Assembly: GCA_030615625.1 (NCBI GenBank) | Contig: JAUWYX010000002.1 | Location: 185,918 to 249,917 of the forward strand | DNA length: 64,000 nt | Direction: 5' to 3' | DNA from: Dehalococcoidia bacterium | GTDB lineage: Bacteria; Chloroflexota; Dehalococcoidia; GIF9; AB-539-J10 | Part shown: piece after piece, positions 45,160-53,438 of the stretch | How the letters are laid out: every line of letters starts with the position of its first letter | Position numbering within the stretch: position 1 is the stretch's first letter | Made by a program: the position numbers and the translations under genes | Notes under the pieces: generated by a model | What the model was told of the DNA's origin: nothing | The model's input: the letters and a program-made list of their open reading frames with translations, nothing else | Databases searched by the model: none

Positions 45160-45347
45160 TAAAATATAACTCCTTGGCTTTTTATTCCAACCCGCACGTA
45201 GCAATAATCCTGGTCACGGCCTGTGCCGCCAAGCATAACCACGCTCTGCAAATATGTCAAGACCGACAAGCATTATTCTAAATTGCCCGTCGTTGATGCA
45301 CAATACATCGGATTGTTCACTTTGCCATGGTATTCTGGGAAAATAAT

Positions 45348-45405
45348 ACCTGGTTTGTAGTAAGCCTAATCCTTCACAAGGTGAAGGATGGTGTCCCTGG
45401 AATTC
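45348..45405 (-). repeat. X repeat copy B (with CCTTCAC-AA-GGTGAAGG hairpin insert)
   Basis: ACCTGGTTTGTAGTAAGCCTAATCCTTCACAAGGTGAAGGATGGTGTCCCTGGAATTC. Confidence 0.75.
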
Positions 45406-45460
45406 GCCCGGTCAGAAAACCGTACCTGTTCTTCCATACGTGCTACTTTAGGTACTCCAG

Positions 45461-45883
45461 CTATTCGATTTCAAAGGTTATATTCTTTAGCTTGTGGTAA
45501 TAGTTACCCTTATGAGCTGTAAAACAGAGCACTGAATAGTCCGGGTCTTCCACACCGAGGGGATAGTATCTTTCATCCCCATCACTCCAGAGCATCTGCC
45601 TTGATTTCAGGTCTTGGAGAATCTGTATGGTTCCGGTTAACATCAATCCTTTAAAGTCTTTGTCATCAACATAATAAACGCATGCCCGGTTATCCTTTTT
45701 TAATTGTTGCACCCTTTTAGAAGAGGTATTGGTGCTGAACCATATCTTATTGATCCCCTCATGTTTAGCATTCATCATGGCTTTGATATTGGGGAACCCG
45801 TCTTCTCCGTTTGTACCGAGCAGGCAAATGTTTGACCTCTCAATAAGTTGTAATCCCTCTGCCAAAGCTTCCTGCTTGTCCAT
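45461..45883 (-). CDS. Pyridoxamine 5'-phosphate oxidase-family (general stress protein 26-like) protein
   Basis: 140 aa. The pattern LGTNGEDGFPNIKAMM...IWFSTNTSSKRVQQLKKDNRACVYY. Confidence 0.6.
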   Translation of the reverse strand: MDKQEALAEGLQLIERSNICLLGTNGEDGFPNIKAMMNAKHEGINKIWFSTNTSSKRVQQLKKDNRACVYYVDDKDFKGLMLTGTIQILQDLKSRQMLWSDGDERYYPLGVEDPDYSVLCFTAHKGNYYHKLKNITFEIE

Positions 45884-45884
45884 A

Positions 45885-46013
45885 TTAGACCCTTCCTGTC
45901 TTTAACATTTCTTTTTTGGATTTTTGCTCGTATTCAACCAGATTTATATCAAAGTCATCTCTCAGAGTCTGCTCAAAAGCTTCTAGTAGACTCCTTTTCC
46001 TATCTATTGTCAT
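45885..46013 (-). CDS. Unlisted 42-aa ORF immediately upstream of the PNPOx-like gene
   Basis: MTIDRKRSLLEAFEQTLRDDFDINLVEYEQKSKKEMLKTGRV, with RBS AAGGAG. Its stop lies 1 nt before the next ATG. Confidence 0.3.
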   Translation of the reverse strand: MTIDRKRSLLEAFEQTLRDDFDINLVEYEQKSKKEMLKTGRV

Positions 46014-46138
46014 CCTGCTCTCCTTTACCTTGCGTTACTTCCATAATACCACGCAACACAGTAAGCGACAATGTTGCCGCTCCATTAAGCAAAACTAGAA
46101 GGAGATCAGAGACAGTATCTGTAGACTGAACAAGAAAC

Positions 46139-46275
46139 CATATTGTCACCTGATATTCTTACCCACTTAGAAAAGCAGTTGCCCCGGCTTTGTGGCGTCC
46201 CTGGAGGGATTCGAAACGCCGACCTCTCGCTTGGAAAGCAGCCGCTAGCTATCTCTTCCGCTGAACACTACGCTG
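46139..46275 (-). repeat. R2 repeat copy 1 with degenerate tRNA-like 3' part (46193-46252)
   Basis: CCATATTGTCACCTGATATTC...TGGCGTCCCTGGAGGGATTCGAAACGCC...GGAAAGCAGCCGC...GCCGCTGAACACTACGC. Confidence 0.7.
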
Positions 46276-46301
46276 TTTCTTTGTGGTTCTGGGGATGTGA
46301 T

Positions 46302-46359
46302 ATCTGATTTGTAGCAGGCCTGATCCTTCACAAGGTGAAGGATGGTGCCCCTGGAATTC
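46302..46359 (-). repeat. X repeat copy C (with hairpin insert)
   Basis: ATCTGATTTGTAGCAGGCCTGATCCTTCACAAGGTGAAGGATGGTGCCCCTGGAATTC. Confidence 0.75.
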
Positions 46360-46622
46360 AGGAGTAACATTCCGCTATTTCGTGCAATACTTCGCGGGGG
46401 CTAAGGTAACAACCTGAGTTTCTTTGCAATTCAGCAAATTGCATAAAAGTCAGAATCGTGTACTGGCAGCTCACCGTTTGACCCACGATGCCAGAAAATG
46501 CAATTGTGAGCGATCATTGACTTTAGTAAAGGTACATCTTATTCTTCTGTAAAGGGCTCGAGGTGTATTGACAGCAAAAACTTGATGGTGGCAGACTTAA
46601 CGCTTGGAACTTGGAATAATTA

Positions 46623-47564
46623 ATGAAGAACATAGCCATTACAGGCATCTCAGGATATATTGGTACTAGGCTCCTGTCCCAGCTTGACACTATCGATAGT
46701 ATTCAGAAGATCATTGGAATTGATATTAGGCAACCAACATTCAGACCCCCAAAGCTTAAATTCTACCTTCAGGACGTACTCAAGCCGTTTAGTGACCTTT
46801 TTATTGAGAACGAAGTCGATACTGCTATACATTTAGCATTCGTATTAAAGCCCACTCGCGAAAGGACATCAGTTCAGAAGATCGATGTCGAAGGTACAAT
46901 AAACTTCGTACGAGCATGCCGACAAGCCAAAGTTGGGCATGCCCTGTACCTGAGCAGTCATACCGTCTACGGCGCACATCATGATAACCCAATTCCACTT
47001 ACCGAGGACTCACCACTGCGACCATTACCTGGTTTCCAGTACTCGTGGGATAAAGCTCAAGCTGAACAAATCATCCGTGATTTTGATCAATCTCAACGTG
47101 ATGTCACTATCACCATCTTGCGCTGCTGTCCGGTAATCGGACCACACGCAGCTGGTTCTGTGCCCGTCCTCATGTTCAAGCCACCCGTAATGATTGGTGT
47201 GGCAGGTTTCGATCCCAGAATGCAATTTGTCCATGAATATGATCTGATACAAGTGATTGAAACCTTCCTGAATCAAAAGAAGAGGGGCATCTTCAATGTG
47301 GCTGGCGAAAGAGATCTCAGATATAGTGAAGTCGCTAAACTAGCAAGGAAAAAATTGCTGAGGCTGCCCGATAGTTTGATTAAGCCTTTGATGCATATAT
47401 CTTGGGCGCTGCATTTGCAGAACGATTCCCCGTATAGTGGCCTTGAGTTCATAAAGTACCCACCCGTAGTAAGCACAGGGAAACTACTGAAGGAGACAGG
47501 ATTCAGGTTTCAGTACTCCACTGAGGAGGCATTATCATCCTTCGTATCCACTCTAAGGAATTGA
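46623..47564 (+). CDS. NAD-dependent epimerase/dehydratase (extended SDR)
   Basis: Rossmann motif TGISGYIG and catalytic YSWDK. Confidence 0.75.
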   Translation: MKNIAITGISGYIGTRLLSQLDTIDSIQKIIGIDIRQPTFRPPKLKFYLQDVLKPFSDLFIENEVDTAIHLAFVLKPTRERTSVQKIDVEGTINFVRACRQAKVGHALYLSSHTVYGAHHDNPIPLTEDSPLRPLPGFQYSWDKAQAEQIIRDFDQSQRDVTITILRCCPVIGPHAAGSVPVLMFKPPVMIGVAGFDPRMQFVHEYDLIQVIETFLNQKKRGIFNVAGERDLRYSEVAKLARKKLLRLPDSLIKPLMHISWALHLQNDSPYSGLEFIKYPPVVSTGKLLKETGFRFQYSTEEALSSFVSTLRN

Positions 47565-47600
47565 TGAGACTTACTGAACAAAACGTCATGTGGACATAAT

Positions 47601-47645
47601 GCCTGATTTATAGCAGGCCTGATTGGTATGGTGTCCCTGGAATTC
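47601..47645 (-). repeat. X repeat copy D
   Basis: GCCTGATTTATAGCAGGCCTGATTGGTATGGTGTCCCTGGAATTC. Confidence 0.75.
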
Positions 47646-47795
47646 CGTGCCTGGTGGTAACTGGCAAGTCCGATGAATGACCAGTTCTGTGATAGATGCT
47701 AAGGGCATCATCAAAGGTAAGAGACTTTGAATACTTATCACCTATGTATCTGAAGTAGCTATGTCTTCAGATTTCTAGTCTCTTGAATTATTAGT

Positions 47796-48524
47796 CTATA
47801 ACTGTCTTCTAGGTTTCCTCTTGACTTTTTTCATGCCTAGCCCTGTAAAGAATGAGTGCCGTTTTTCACAGGCGCGGCATTTGCCACACACACTGCCATT
47901 TGTCGGGTAATAGCAACTCCATGTCATGTTCTTTAGTAGAGAGAAAACATCGAGTGAATGTGCTATTTCTATGAGTTTGTTCACACTAACACGTCCCTTC
48001 TGATTTTTGGGTATTAAGGGTGTGACCACCTCGACCGGCTGACTCATCACCTGCAATAGCTTATTCAATGCATTAACAAAACTAATGGATGTATCATAGA
48101 ACTCATTAAGAAATCCTGTAATTAGCTCAATATGACCTTTTAGCTGTAATATTGCCCGCTCAGACATAATTACAGATAGAGCACAGGAAATAAGAACCAT
48201 ATTTCGATTTTCAACATCAGTTTGTCCAGATTTCGGCCTACCCTTGAGAAGGGCTGACTGACTCCATGGGAAAAAATCGATGTCCGAACTTCTAATCTTA
48301 AAGATCTTGCACTCTTCCACTTGTGTGTCTAGATGCTTCTGCTTCCCAAACTCACGGAGCTTTGGAACCAGTTGCAGCACAGCTCTAGTTTCCTCATTTA
48401 GCGCCTTCTGCCCATAGTCAAAGAATATCGGTATAATTTTCACGGGTTCATTTCCTGACACAGTCTTTAGTATTGCCAAGGTTGAGTCCAACCCTCCTGA
48501 GAATAGGCTATAACAATGCCTCAT
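47796..48524 (-). CDS. QueC-like PP-loop ATPase (7-cyano-7-deazaguanine synthase family, divergent)
   Basis: PP-loop FSGGLDST, FDYGQK, ENRNMVLISCA, and the C-terminal four-Cys zinc motif SCYYPTNGSVCGKCRACEKR. RBS AAGGAGG. Confidence 0.7.
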   Translation of the reverse strand: MRHCYSLFSGGLDSTLAILKTVSGNEPVKIIPIFFDYGQKALNEETRAVLQLVPKLREFGKQKHLDTQVEECKIFKIRSSDIDFFPWSQSALLKGRPKSGQTDVENRNMVLISCALSVIMSERAILQLKGHIELITGFLNEFYDTSISFVNALNKLLQVMSQPVEVVTPLIPKNQKGRVSVNKLIEIAHSLDVFSLLKNMTWSCYYPTNGSVCGKCRACEKRHSFFTGLGMKKVKRKPRRQL

Positions 48525-48653
48525 TTCTTCGCCTCCTTAGGTATTCTTTGGTCGATTGTCCTACCTCATTAGATTGAGATGCTTCTCACTTACTCAAGTA
48601 GCTACAATCAGAAATACGATTAGACTATCGACTAATAGCCCGATTGGATACAC

Positions 48654-49322
48654 CTAGACACTAGTCAATCTATCAATATAGTTGCACCATTGGCAGTTAG
48701 GGGAGGCTTCAGGTGCTTCAGATAATTCAAGCACATCCAGTACTTCATCTATGAACTCTAAGAAGCTTTGCTCGTTCTTTTCTACTTCAATCCAAGTGAT
48801 TTCAGCCTCATAAGAAAGGCGTTCAATGCATTGCTGGCTGATAGTTGAAGGATAGAAATATAGCAACCCTAACCTCGTAATAGGCGATAGGGCTAGAGCA
48901 TTAGGAGCAGGATGTTCTAGAGAATAAGCATATGCATGCAATTGACGACCATAAAGGCTACTCCACTCCATATTTGGATTACCAGTCTTGAAGTCTATAA
49001 CACCATAGGTTGCATCTTCAAAACTAACAGCGATGTCAAATCTTCCACTAAGATAACAAGTGGCACTATGATTTGGTAACTGTATGACTTCCGATCTTAC
49101 CCACTGTTCACCATAACTCACAATGCCAGGAGGTAGAGCAATATGTAGTTCACTTGTATGCTTGCCATCATAGTAGTTTTTCAATAGACTTGCAATCTGG
49201 CTAAAGATAGAGGGCAAGGGAATAGATGGTTGGGATATACCATTAATCATTCTCCAATAAAAGCAACGCTTGCACCTATCATATAGAAACGTGAGGTCTG
49301 ATGGGCTTAGTCTAAAGTTCAT
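48654..49322 (-). CDS. PD-(D/E)XK nuclease, Cas4/RecB-like with terminal Cys pairs
   Basis: GRFDIA...GVIDFKTG (D...D-x-K), QLHAYAY (QxxxY), an N-terminal CKRC and a C-terminal CQWC. Confidence 0.6.
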   Translation of the reverse strand: MNFRLSPSDLTFLYDRCKRCFYWRMINGISQPSIPLPSIFSQIASLLKNYYDGKHTSELHIALPPGIVSYGEQWVRSEVIQLPNHSATCYLSGRFDIAVSFEDATYGVIDFKTGNPNMEWSSLYGRQLHAYAYSLEHPAPNALALSPITRLGLLYFYPSTISQQCIERLSYEAEITWIEVEKNEQSFLEFIDEVLDVLELSEAPEASPNCQWCNYIDRLTSV

Positions 49323-49533
49323 TGAGAATCATCCTCTTGTTGTGATTAGTCTACCATGTCACTCATGCCAAGAATATCTAGAAATCCGACGATATAATTT
49401 GCATATTCCCAACTTTCTCGTGAATTCGACATCCTAGGTATCCATTTCAGCTTATACTAAACATATGCTATCTATATAATACCGCTTTCTAAGGCACTAT
49501 TAAACCCTGTGAAGGGTATTCCGGGGACATGAT

Positions 49534-49577
49534 ACCTGATTTGTAGTAGGCCTGATTGGCATGGTGTCCCTGGAATT
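49534..49577 (-). repeat. X repeat copy E
   Basis: ACCTGATTTGTAGTAGGCCTGATTGGCATGGTGTCCCTGGAATT. Confidence 0.75.
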
Positions 49578-49694
49578 GTACAAGACGGGGCTGACTGGGT
49601 TCTACTTCCCCCCCCTAGTAATGTAACATTCCGTCACAATGTGCAAGTTACTTCAACCGACAATGCAGTTACCACTACCTGTGCTTTATATATT

Positions 49695-49733
49695 TTGACA
49701 AAATTTGACAAAATCTGACGCATAATTTATAAT
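49695..49733 (+). promoter_or_regulatory. Consensus promoter with tandem TTGACAAAA boxes; near-leaderless start of the kinase gene
   Basis: TTGACAAAA occurs twice (49695 and 49705). The second TTGACA is followed by a 17-nt spacer and TATAAT (49728-49733). The ATG at 49742 lies only 8 nt after the -10. Confidence 0.55.
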
Positions 49734-49741
49734 ATCTGAAA

Positions 49742-50848
49742 ATGGAAGAAACAAAGATAGCTGAACTGCTTACTATAAACGAAGCAGCAAGAAAGATGCA
49801 TGTTACAAGACAGACTATTTATGCGTGGATAAGTAGCGGAAGGATTTTGCCTGTAACTACACCGGGGGGAAGACTTAGGATACCAGAGGAGCAGTTGATA
49901 TTGGAAACACCACAAATTAATGAAAGGGGAAACAATGGAGTTTTCAATATTTATGATATTTCTGTTGTTGAACCAATTCAGGATGAACAAATGGGAACCA
50001 AACGGAAATTCTGGTTTGAAATTGAAGGTTCTCGATTCTGGTTTAAATTTGGCAGAGACAACACCGGTGATAACTGGGCCGAGAAAGTGGCAAGTGAATT
50101 ATGTGAACTTATTGGATTACCCCATGCGGAATATGAGTTAGCAGTATGGAGAAAAGCAAAAGGAGTAGTAAGTCCAACGTTCGTTCCGGTTGGAGCTCAG
50201 CTTAGACCTGGGAATGAATTATTGGCTAGAATAATGCGTGGATATGAGATAAAGAAATATTATAAACAAAGAAAACACACTTTGAGATTAGTGATGACAG
50301 TAATGGAAAACAAAGAAATTAAGTTGCCAATTGATTGGTCAGGTTTGGACGGCATTCATTCGGCAGCCGATGTTTTTGTCGGCTATCTCATGCTAGATGC
50401 ATGGATTGCAAATCAAGATAGACATCATGAGAACTGGGCTCATATAGTAGTGCCGGAGGATGGAACTAGAAGTGTGCATTTGGCTCCCTCATACGATCAT
50501 GCATCTAGCTTCGGAAGTAATGAGACAGATGCTAATAGGAAATCGAGATTAACTACGAGAGATACTGGGCGAAGCATGGAAAAATATGTTGAAAGGGCAA
50601 GATCAGCATTTTATTTGACGCCAAATAGTAGTAAACCGTTGTCAACTATTGATGCCTTTCAAAAAGCAGCAAACAGAAGGCCAGAGGCTGCACGGTTATG
50701 GCTTAAGCAACTGGAGGGGATATCTTCATCAGACACACGATCAATATTTGAACGAATACCAAAAACAGAGATAACAGAGGTAGGTATAGAATTCACCCAG
50801 AGAATACTTGGCTTAAATAGCGAAAGACTACTGAAGTTAAGAACATAA
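49742..50848 (+). CDS. Excisionase-type HTH fused to a HipA-like Ser/Thr kinase catalytic domain
   Basis: HTH LLTINEAARKMHVTRQTIYAWISSGRILPV..GGRLRIP. Kinase blocks GTKRKFWF, WAEKVASELCELIGL, IANQDRHHENWAHIV (catalytic loop) and LAPSYDHASS. Confidence 0.75.
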   Translation: MEETKIAELLTINEAARKMHVTRQTIYAWISSGRILPVTTPGGRLRIPEEQLILETPQINERGNNGVFNIYDISVVEPIQDEQMGTKRKFWFEIEGSRFWFKFGRDNTGDNWAEKVASELCELIGLPHAEYELAVWRKAKGVVSPTFVPVGAQLRPGNELLARIMRGYEIKKYYKQRKHTLRLVMTVMENKEIKLPIDWSGLDGIHSAADVFVGYLMLDAWIANQDRHHENWAHIVVPEDGTRSVHLAPSYDHASSFGSNETDANRKSRLTTRDTGRSMEKYVERARSAFYLTPNSSKPLSTIDAFQKAANRRPEAARLWLKQLEGISSSDTRSIFERIPKTEITEVGIEFTQRILGLNSERLLKLRT

Positions 50849-50869
50849 GGTTAAGAGAGGTGAAATATA

Positions 50870-52114
50870 ATGAAGGTGAATGAATTGTATTTGGCTTGGG
50901 AAGATCCGATTGAGCGCAGATGGATGCCAGTAGGTCGGCTAACAATTGACGATAACAATATGCATAAATTTGTATATACAAAAGGAGCTAAGAGTTCTAG
51001 AAACTTCGAACCTTTTGCAAGAATGGAGAAGCTTGATGAAGTGTATAGATCAGAAACTCTATTTCCTTTATTCAACAATCGTCTTTTGTCAGAGTCAAGG
51101 CCAGAACACAATAACTATATGGAGTGGTTGGATATTAAGGACAACGAATATGATGCTTTCACGATGCTCGCGATTACCGGAGGCATCAGGGGCACAGATA
51201 CATTCGAAGTATTTCAATGTCCTAAGCCAAATGATGAAGGAAAATACGAGGTTAAGTTTCTTAGTCACGGATTGCGGCATTTACCTAGACATGCTATTGA
51301 GAGGGTGAACAGTTTTCATAAGGGTGATAGGTTGTTCATTTTACCTGATATTCAGAATAGCTATGATACAATGGCGCTAGGATTGCGCACGGACGACCCG
51401 GTTGAGTGGGTAGGATATTGTCCACGTTATCTTAGTCCAGATTTTTATGAACTGCTGGAAAAATCCAGAACTATGGACATCAAAGTTTCTGTTGAAAGGG
51501 TTAACGTAGATGCACCCCTTCACCTACGTTTGCTCTGTAAAATGGTTGCTCCTTGGCCAGAGGGTTTTGAACCGTGTTCTGGTGAAGAGTTCAAGCCGTT
51601 AGTTGAATATGATTGTGGGTTAACGCCCCTTCCTAAAATTGAGACCCCTGTGAAAGCTACAGAGGTCTCGCACAGCAGTCTCGTGGGGGACTTGAGTAGT
51701 GTAGGTGGCTATGATGATAGCCGTAGCAACTCAAAAAAGTCAAGCGGTATGGTCGATTACCTCCCCAAGGGACGAGTTCTTGGGAGTAATGAAAAACTGA
51801 TGAACAACACACGTTATGGTCGTAGGCAAGAACATAAGGTGGCTCGCCAATTAAGGGGTCATGGTGCTAAAGTCTCGATGAGCCCTGGCAGCAGAGGAGC
51901 TGCTGACCTCAAAGTGCGTTTTCACTCTGGAAGATCCTGGAACGTGCAGGTTAAATCTTCTAGGTCTAGAACAGCAGCATCTCCATCCGCCAAGGAATTA
52001 GGACGCCTTAAAATTAGTGCCAACAGAAGCGCTGCCACGCCTGTTATTGCAGAGGTGACTCCAAAGGGTATTTCTTACAGGTCAGCTCGTTCTAGAAAGA
52101 AACTAAACCCTTAG
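50870..52114 (+). CDS. Three-part fusion: HipA-N/HipS-like domain + HIRAN domain + Hjc/Mrr-like PD-(D/E)XK nuclease domain
   Basis: The N-terminal LFPLFNNRLLSE...FTMLAITGGIRGTDTFEV resembles the HipA N-terminal subdomain. KGDRLFILPDIQNSYDTMALGL...WVGYCPRYLSPDFYELL is HIRAN-like. The C-terminal GRRQEHKVARQLRGHGAKVS..GSRGAADLKV...NVQVKSS aligns with the Hjc/Mrr E...D...QxK core. Confidence 0.6.
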   Translation: MKVNELYLAWEDPIERRWMPVGRLTIDDNNMHKFVYTKGAKSSRNFEPFARMEKLDEVYRSETLFPLFNNRLLSESRPEHNNYMEWLDIKDNEYDAFTMLAITGGIRGTDTFEVFQCPKPNDEGKYEVKFLSHGLRHLPRHAIERVNSFHKGDRLFILPDIQNSYDTMALGLRTDDPVEWVGYCPRYLSPDFYELLEKSRTMDIKVSVERVNVDAPLHLRLLCKMVAPWPEGFEPCSGEEFKPLVEYDCGLTPLPKIETPVKATEVSHSSLVGDLSSVGGYDDSRSNSKKSSGMVDYLPKGRVLGSNEKLMNNTRYGRRQEHKVARQLRGHGAKVSMSPGSRGAADLKVRFHSGRSWNVQVKSSRSRTAASPSAKELGRLKISANRSAATPVIAEVTPKGISYRSARSRKKLNP

Positions 52115-52276
52115 GTACAGACTAACCTATTGGATAGATTGGATAGAATAGGGTCAAGACATTCAAGCCTTGGCCTTATTTTATTGAGATTTTCCACACC
52201 CGGCAAATCGACAGACTTATGGGTGGCAGCAATTTTGTGCCTTCTCAGGATGACCTTGTTAGCAAGATAACGAAAA

Positions 52277-52414
52277 GCCATATTGTTACCTGATATTCTC
52301 GCTTACGTGGAAAAGTAATTGCCCTGGCTGGCGTTGTGGAGTCCCTGGAGGGATTCGAACCCACGACCCGCTGCTCAGAAAGCAGCCGCTATCTACCTCT
52401 GCGGCTCGATAATC
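52277..52414 (-). repeat. R2 repeat copy 2 including the best tRNA-like fragment and a 22-bp copy of the ADH 3' end
   Basis: GCCATATTGTTACCTGATATTCTCGC...TGGAGTCCCTGGAGGGATTCGAACCC...GCTGCTCAGAAAGCAGC...CTACCTCTGCGGCTCGATAATC (52393-52414). Confidence 0.8.
52337..52393 (-). other. tRNA-Arg(UCU)-like 3' fragment (anticodon arm to CCA), not an intact tRNA
   Basis: The minus strand reads GCTGC-TTTCTGA-GCAGC, GGGTC, GTGGG-TTCGAAT-CCCTC, CAGGGAC-T-CCA. There is no complementary 5' acceptor strand and one T-stem mismatch. Confidence 0.6.
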
Positions 52415-52418
52415 TCCA

Positions 52419-52877
52419 TCATATCAAATGCATCCACTCTTCAATCAACTTGAAGGATAGAGAATTAGGATCTCGCAATGGTGAAATGGTATCAGTCATA
52501 GTTATTTGTTGCCAGGATTTAGCATTAGTTACAAAATCCGCATAGTATCTTACAGCTTTTACCTTCCGAAAATGCCTAAACCAAATCCCAAGCTTGGGAT
52601 CTTTTGACCGCACATAGTTATACTTACCAGAAACAGTAGCCAAAGCAAAGGGAAAATGGTGAGCAATGATAAGAACGACATCGTCAACCTTCATTTCGTG
52701 GGCGAATGCCCAGTAGTCTCGTTCATATTCAGGTAGTTTTTCTTGAGCTGTTTTCATTAGATCACCAATGTCGTACTCAAAGTCCAAACCAATGTAACCG
52801 GCAGCAAGGCTTTCAACGCAGTGCTTTACTGCCTCACTGGGTTTGGCTGGATGAAGCTGCATTCTCCAATAAGTCAT
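52419..52877 (-). CDS. Hypothetical 152-aa protein (single-gene module)
   Basis: MTYWRMQLHPAKPSEAVKHCVESLAAGYIGLDF... No family was recognised confidently. Confidence 0.45.
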   Translation of the reverse strand: MTYWRMQLHPAKPSEAVKHCVESLAAGYIGLDFEYDIGDLMKTAQEKLPEYERDYWAFAHEMKVDDVVLIIAHHFPFALATVSGKYNYVRSKDPKLGIWFRHFRKVKAVRYYADFVTNAKSWQQITMTDTISPLRDPNSLSFKLIEEWMHLI

Positions 52878-52995
52878 TTTATTCCTCCAGTTGTTCGTAT
52901 TAACAGAAGCAACTAGCTCCAGCTACACAAAATGGTAGAACCAGTGTTTATACTAATAATTATAACATCCTCTTGTTATCAAAAGTGCACATTAA

Positions 52996-53081
52996 GCCAG
53001 ATTGTTACCTGATATTCTCGCTTACTTGGAAGACAGCCGCTACCTACCTCTGCGGCTCGATAATCACTTTTAGAGAGTCCT
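52996..53081 (-). repeat. R2 repeat copy 3 (tRNA part deleted) plus 38-bp copy of the ADH 3' end
   Basis: GCCAGATTGTTACCTGATATTCTCGCTTACTTGGAAGACAGCCGC. 53044-53081 matches 55149-55186 with one mismatch. Confidence 0.8.
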
Positions 53082-53085
53082 CAAC

Positions 53086-53300
53086 AAAACTCAAAAATTA
53101 AAGGTCAAAAATCAAAATGACAACTCAAAACGCAAAATTTGAACAAACCCAAATATCAAAATCCAAATGTCTAAATGCCAACCCGACTTGTCTTTGTCAT
53201 TTGAGCTCTGTAATTTGACATTATTTAGGATTTGGTCAAGAGATTGCTTCGGCTTCTCCTCGCAATGACAAATAGAAGTAGCCTGTTTCCGCCAGCCCCA
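53086..53300. repeat. Genome-type intergenic repeats inside the island
   Basis: AAAACTCAAAAATTAAAGGTCAAAAATCAAAATGACAACTCAAAA resembles 28335-28380. gagattgcttcggcttctcctcgcaatgacaa belongs to the CGCAATGACA family. Confidence 0.7.
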
Positions 53301-53438
53301 GCCGAAACTTTGCTCCATAAGTGCCACTTGCTCTAAAAGTATTTGTCCTATTTTTGTTTCTTCAATAGGATGGGCTGAAAGAGAACGCTATCCTTCCCAT
53401 CAACTTGGTAGGGTAGAATGTCAACCACTACACGTCTC

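Noticed and set aside
52337-52393. Possible intact tRNA-Arg(UCU) gene on the minus strand.
   Set aside because: Only the anticodon arm, variable loop, T-arm and acceptor 3' strand with CCA are present. No 5' acceptor strand complementary to CAGGGAC exists upstream. The D-arm region does not fold, the T-stem has a U-U mismatch, and position 37 is G. I interpret it as an att-type fragment. The copy at 46193-46252 is even more degenerate.
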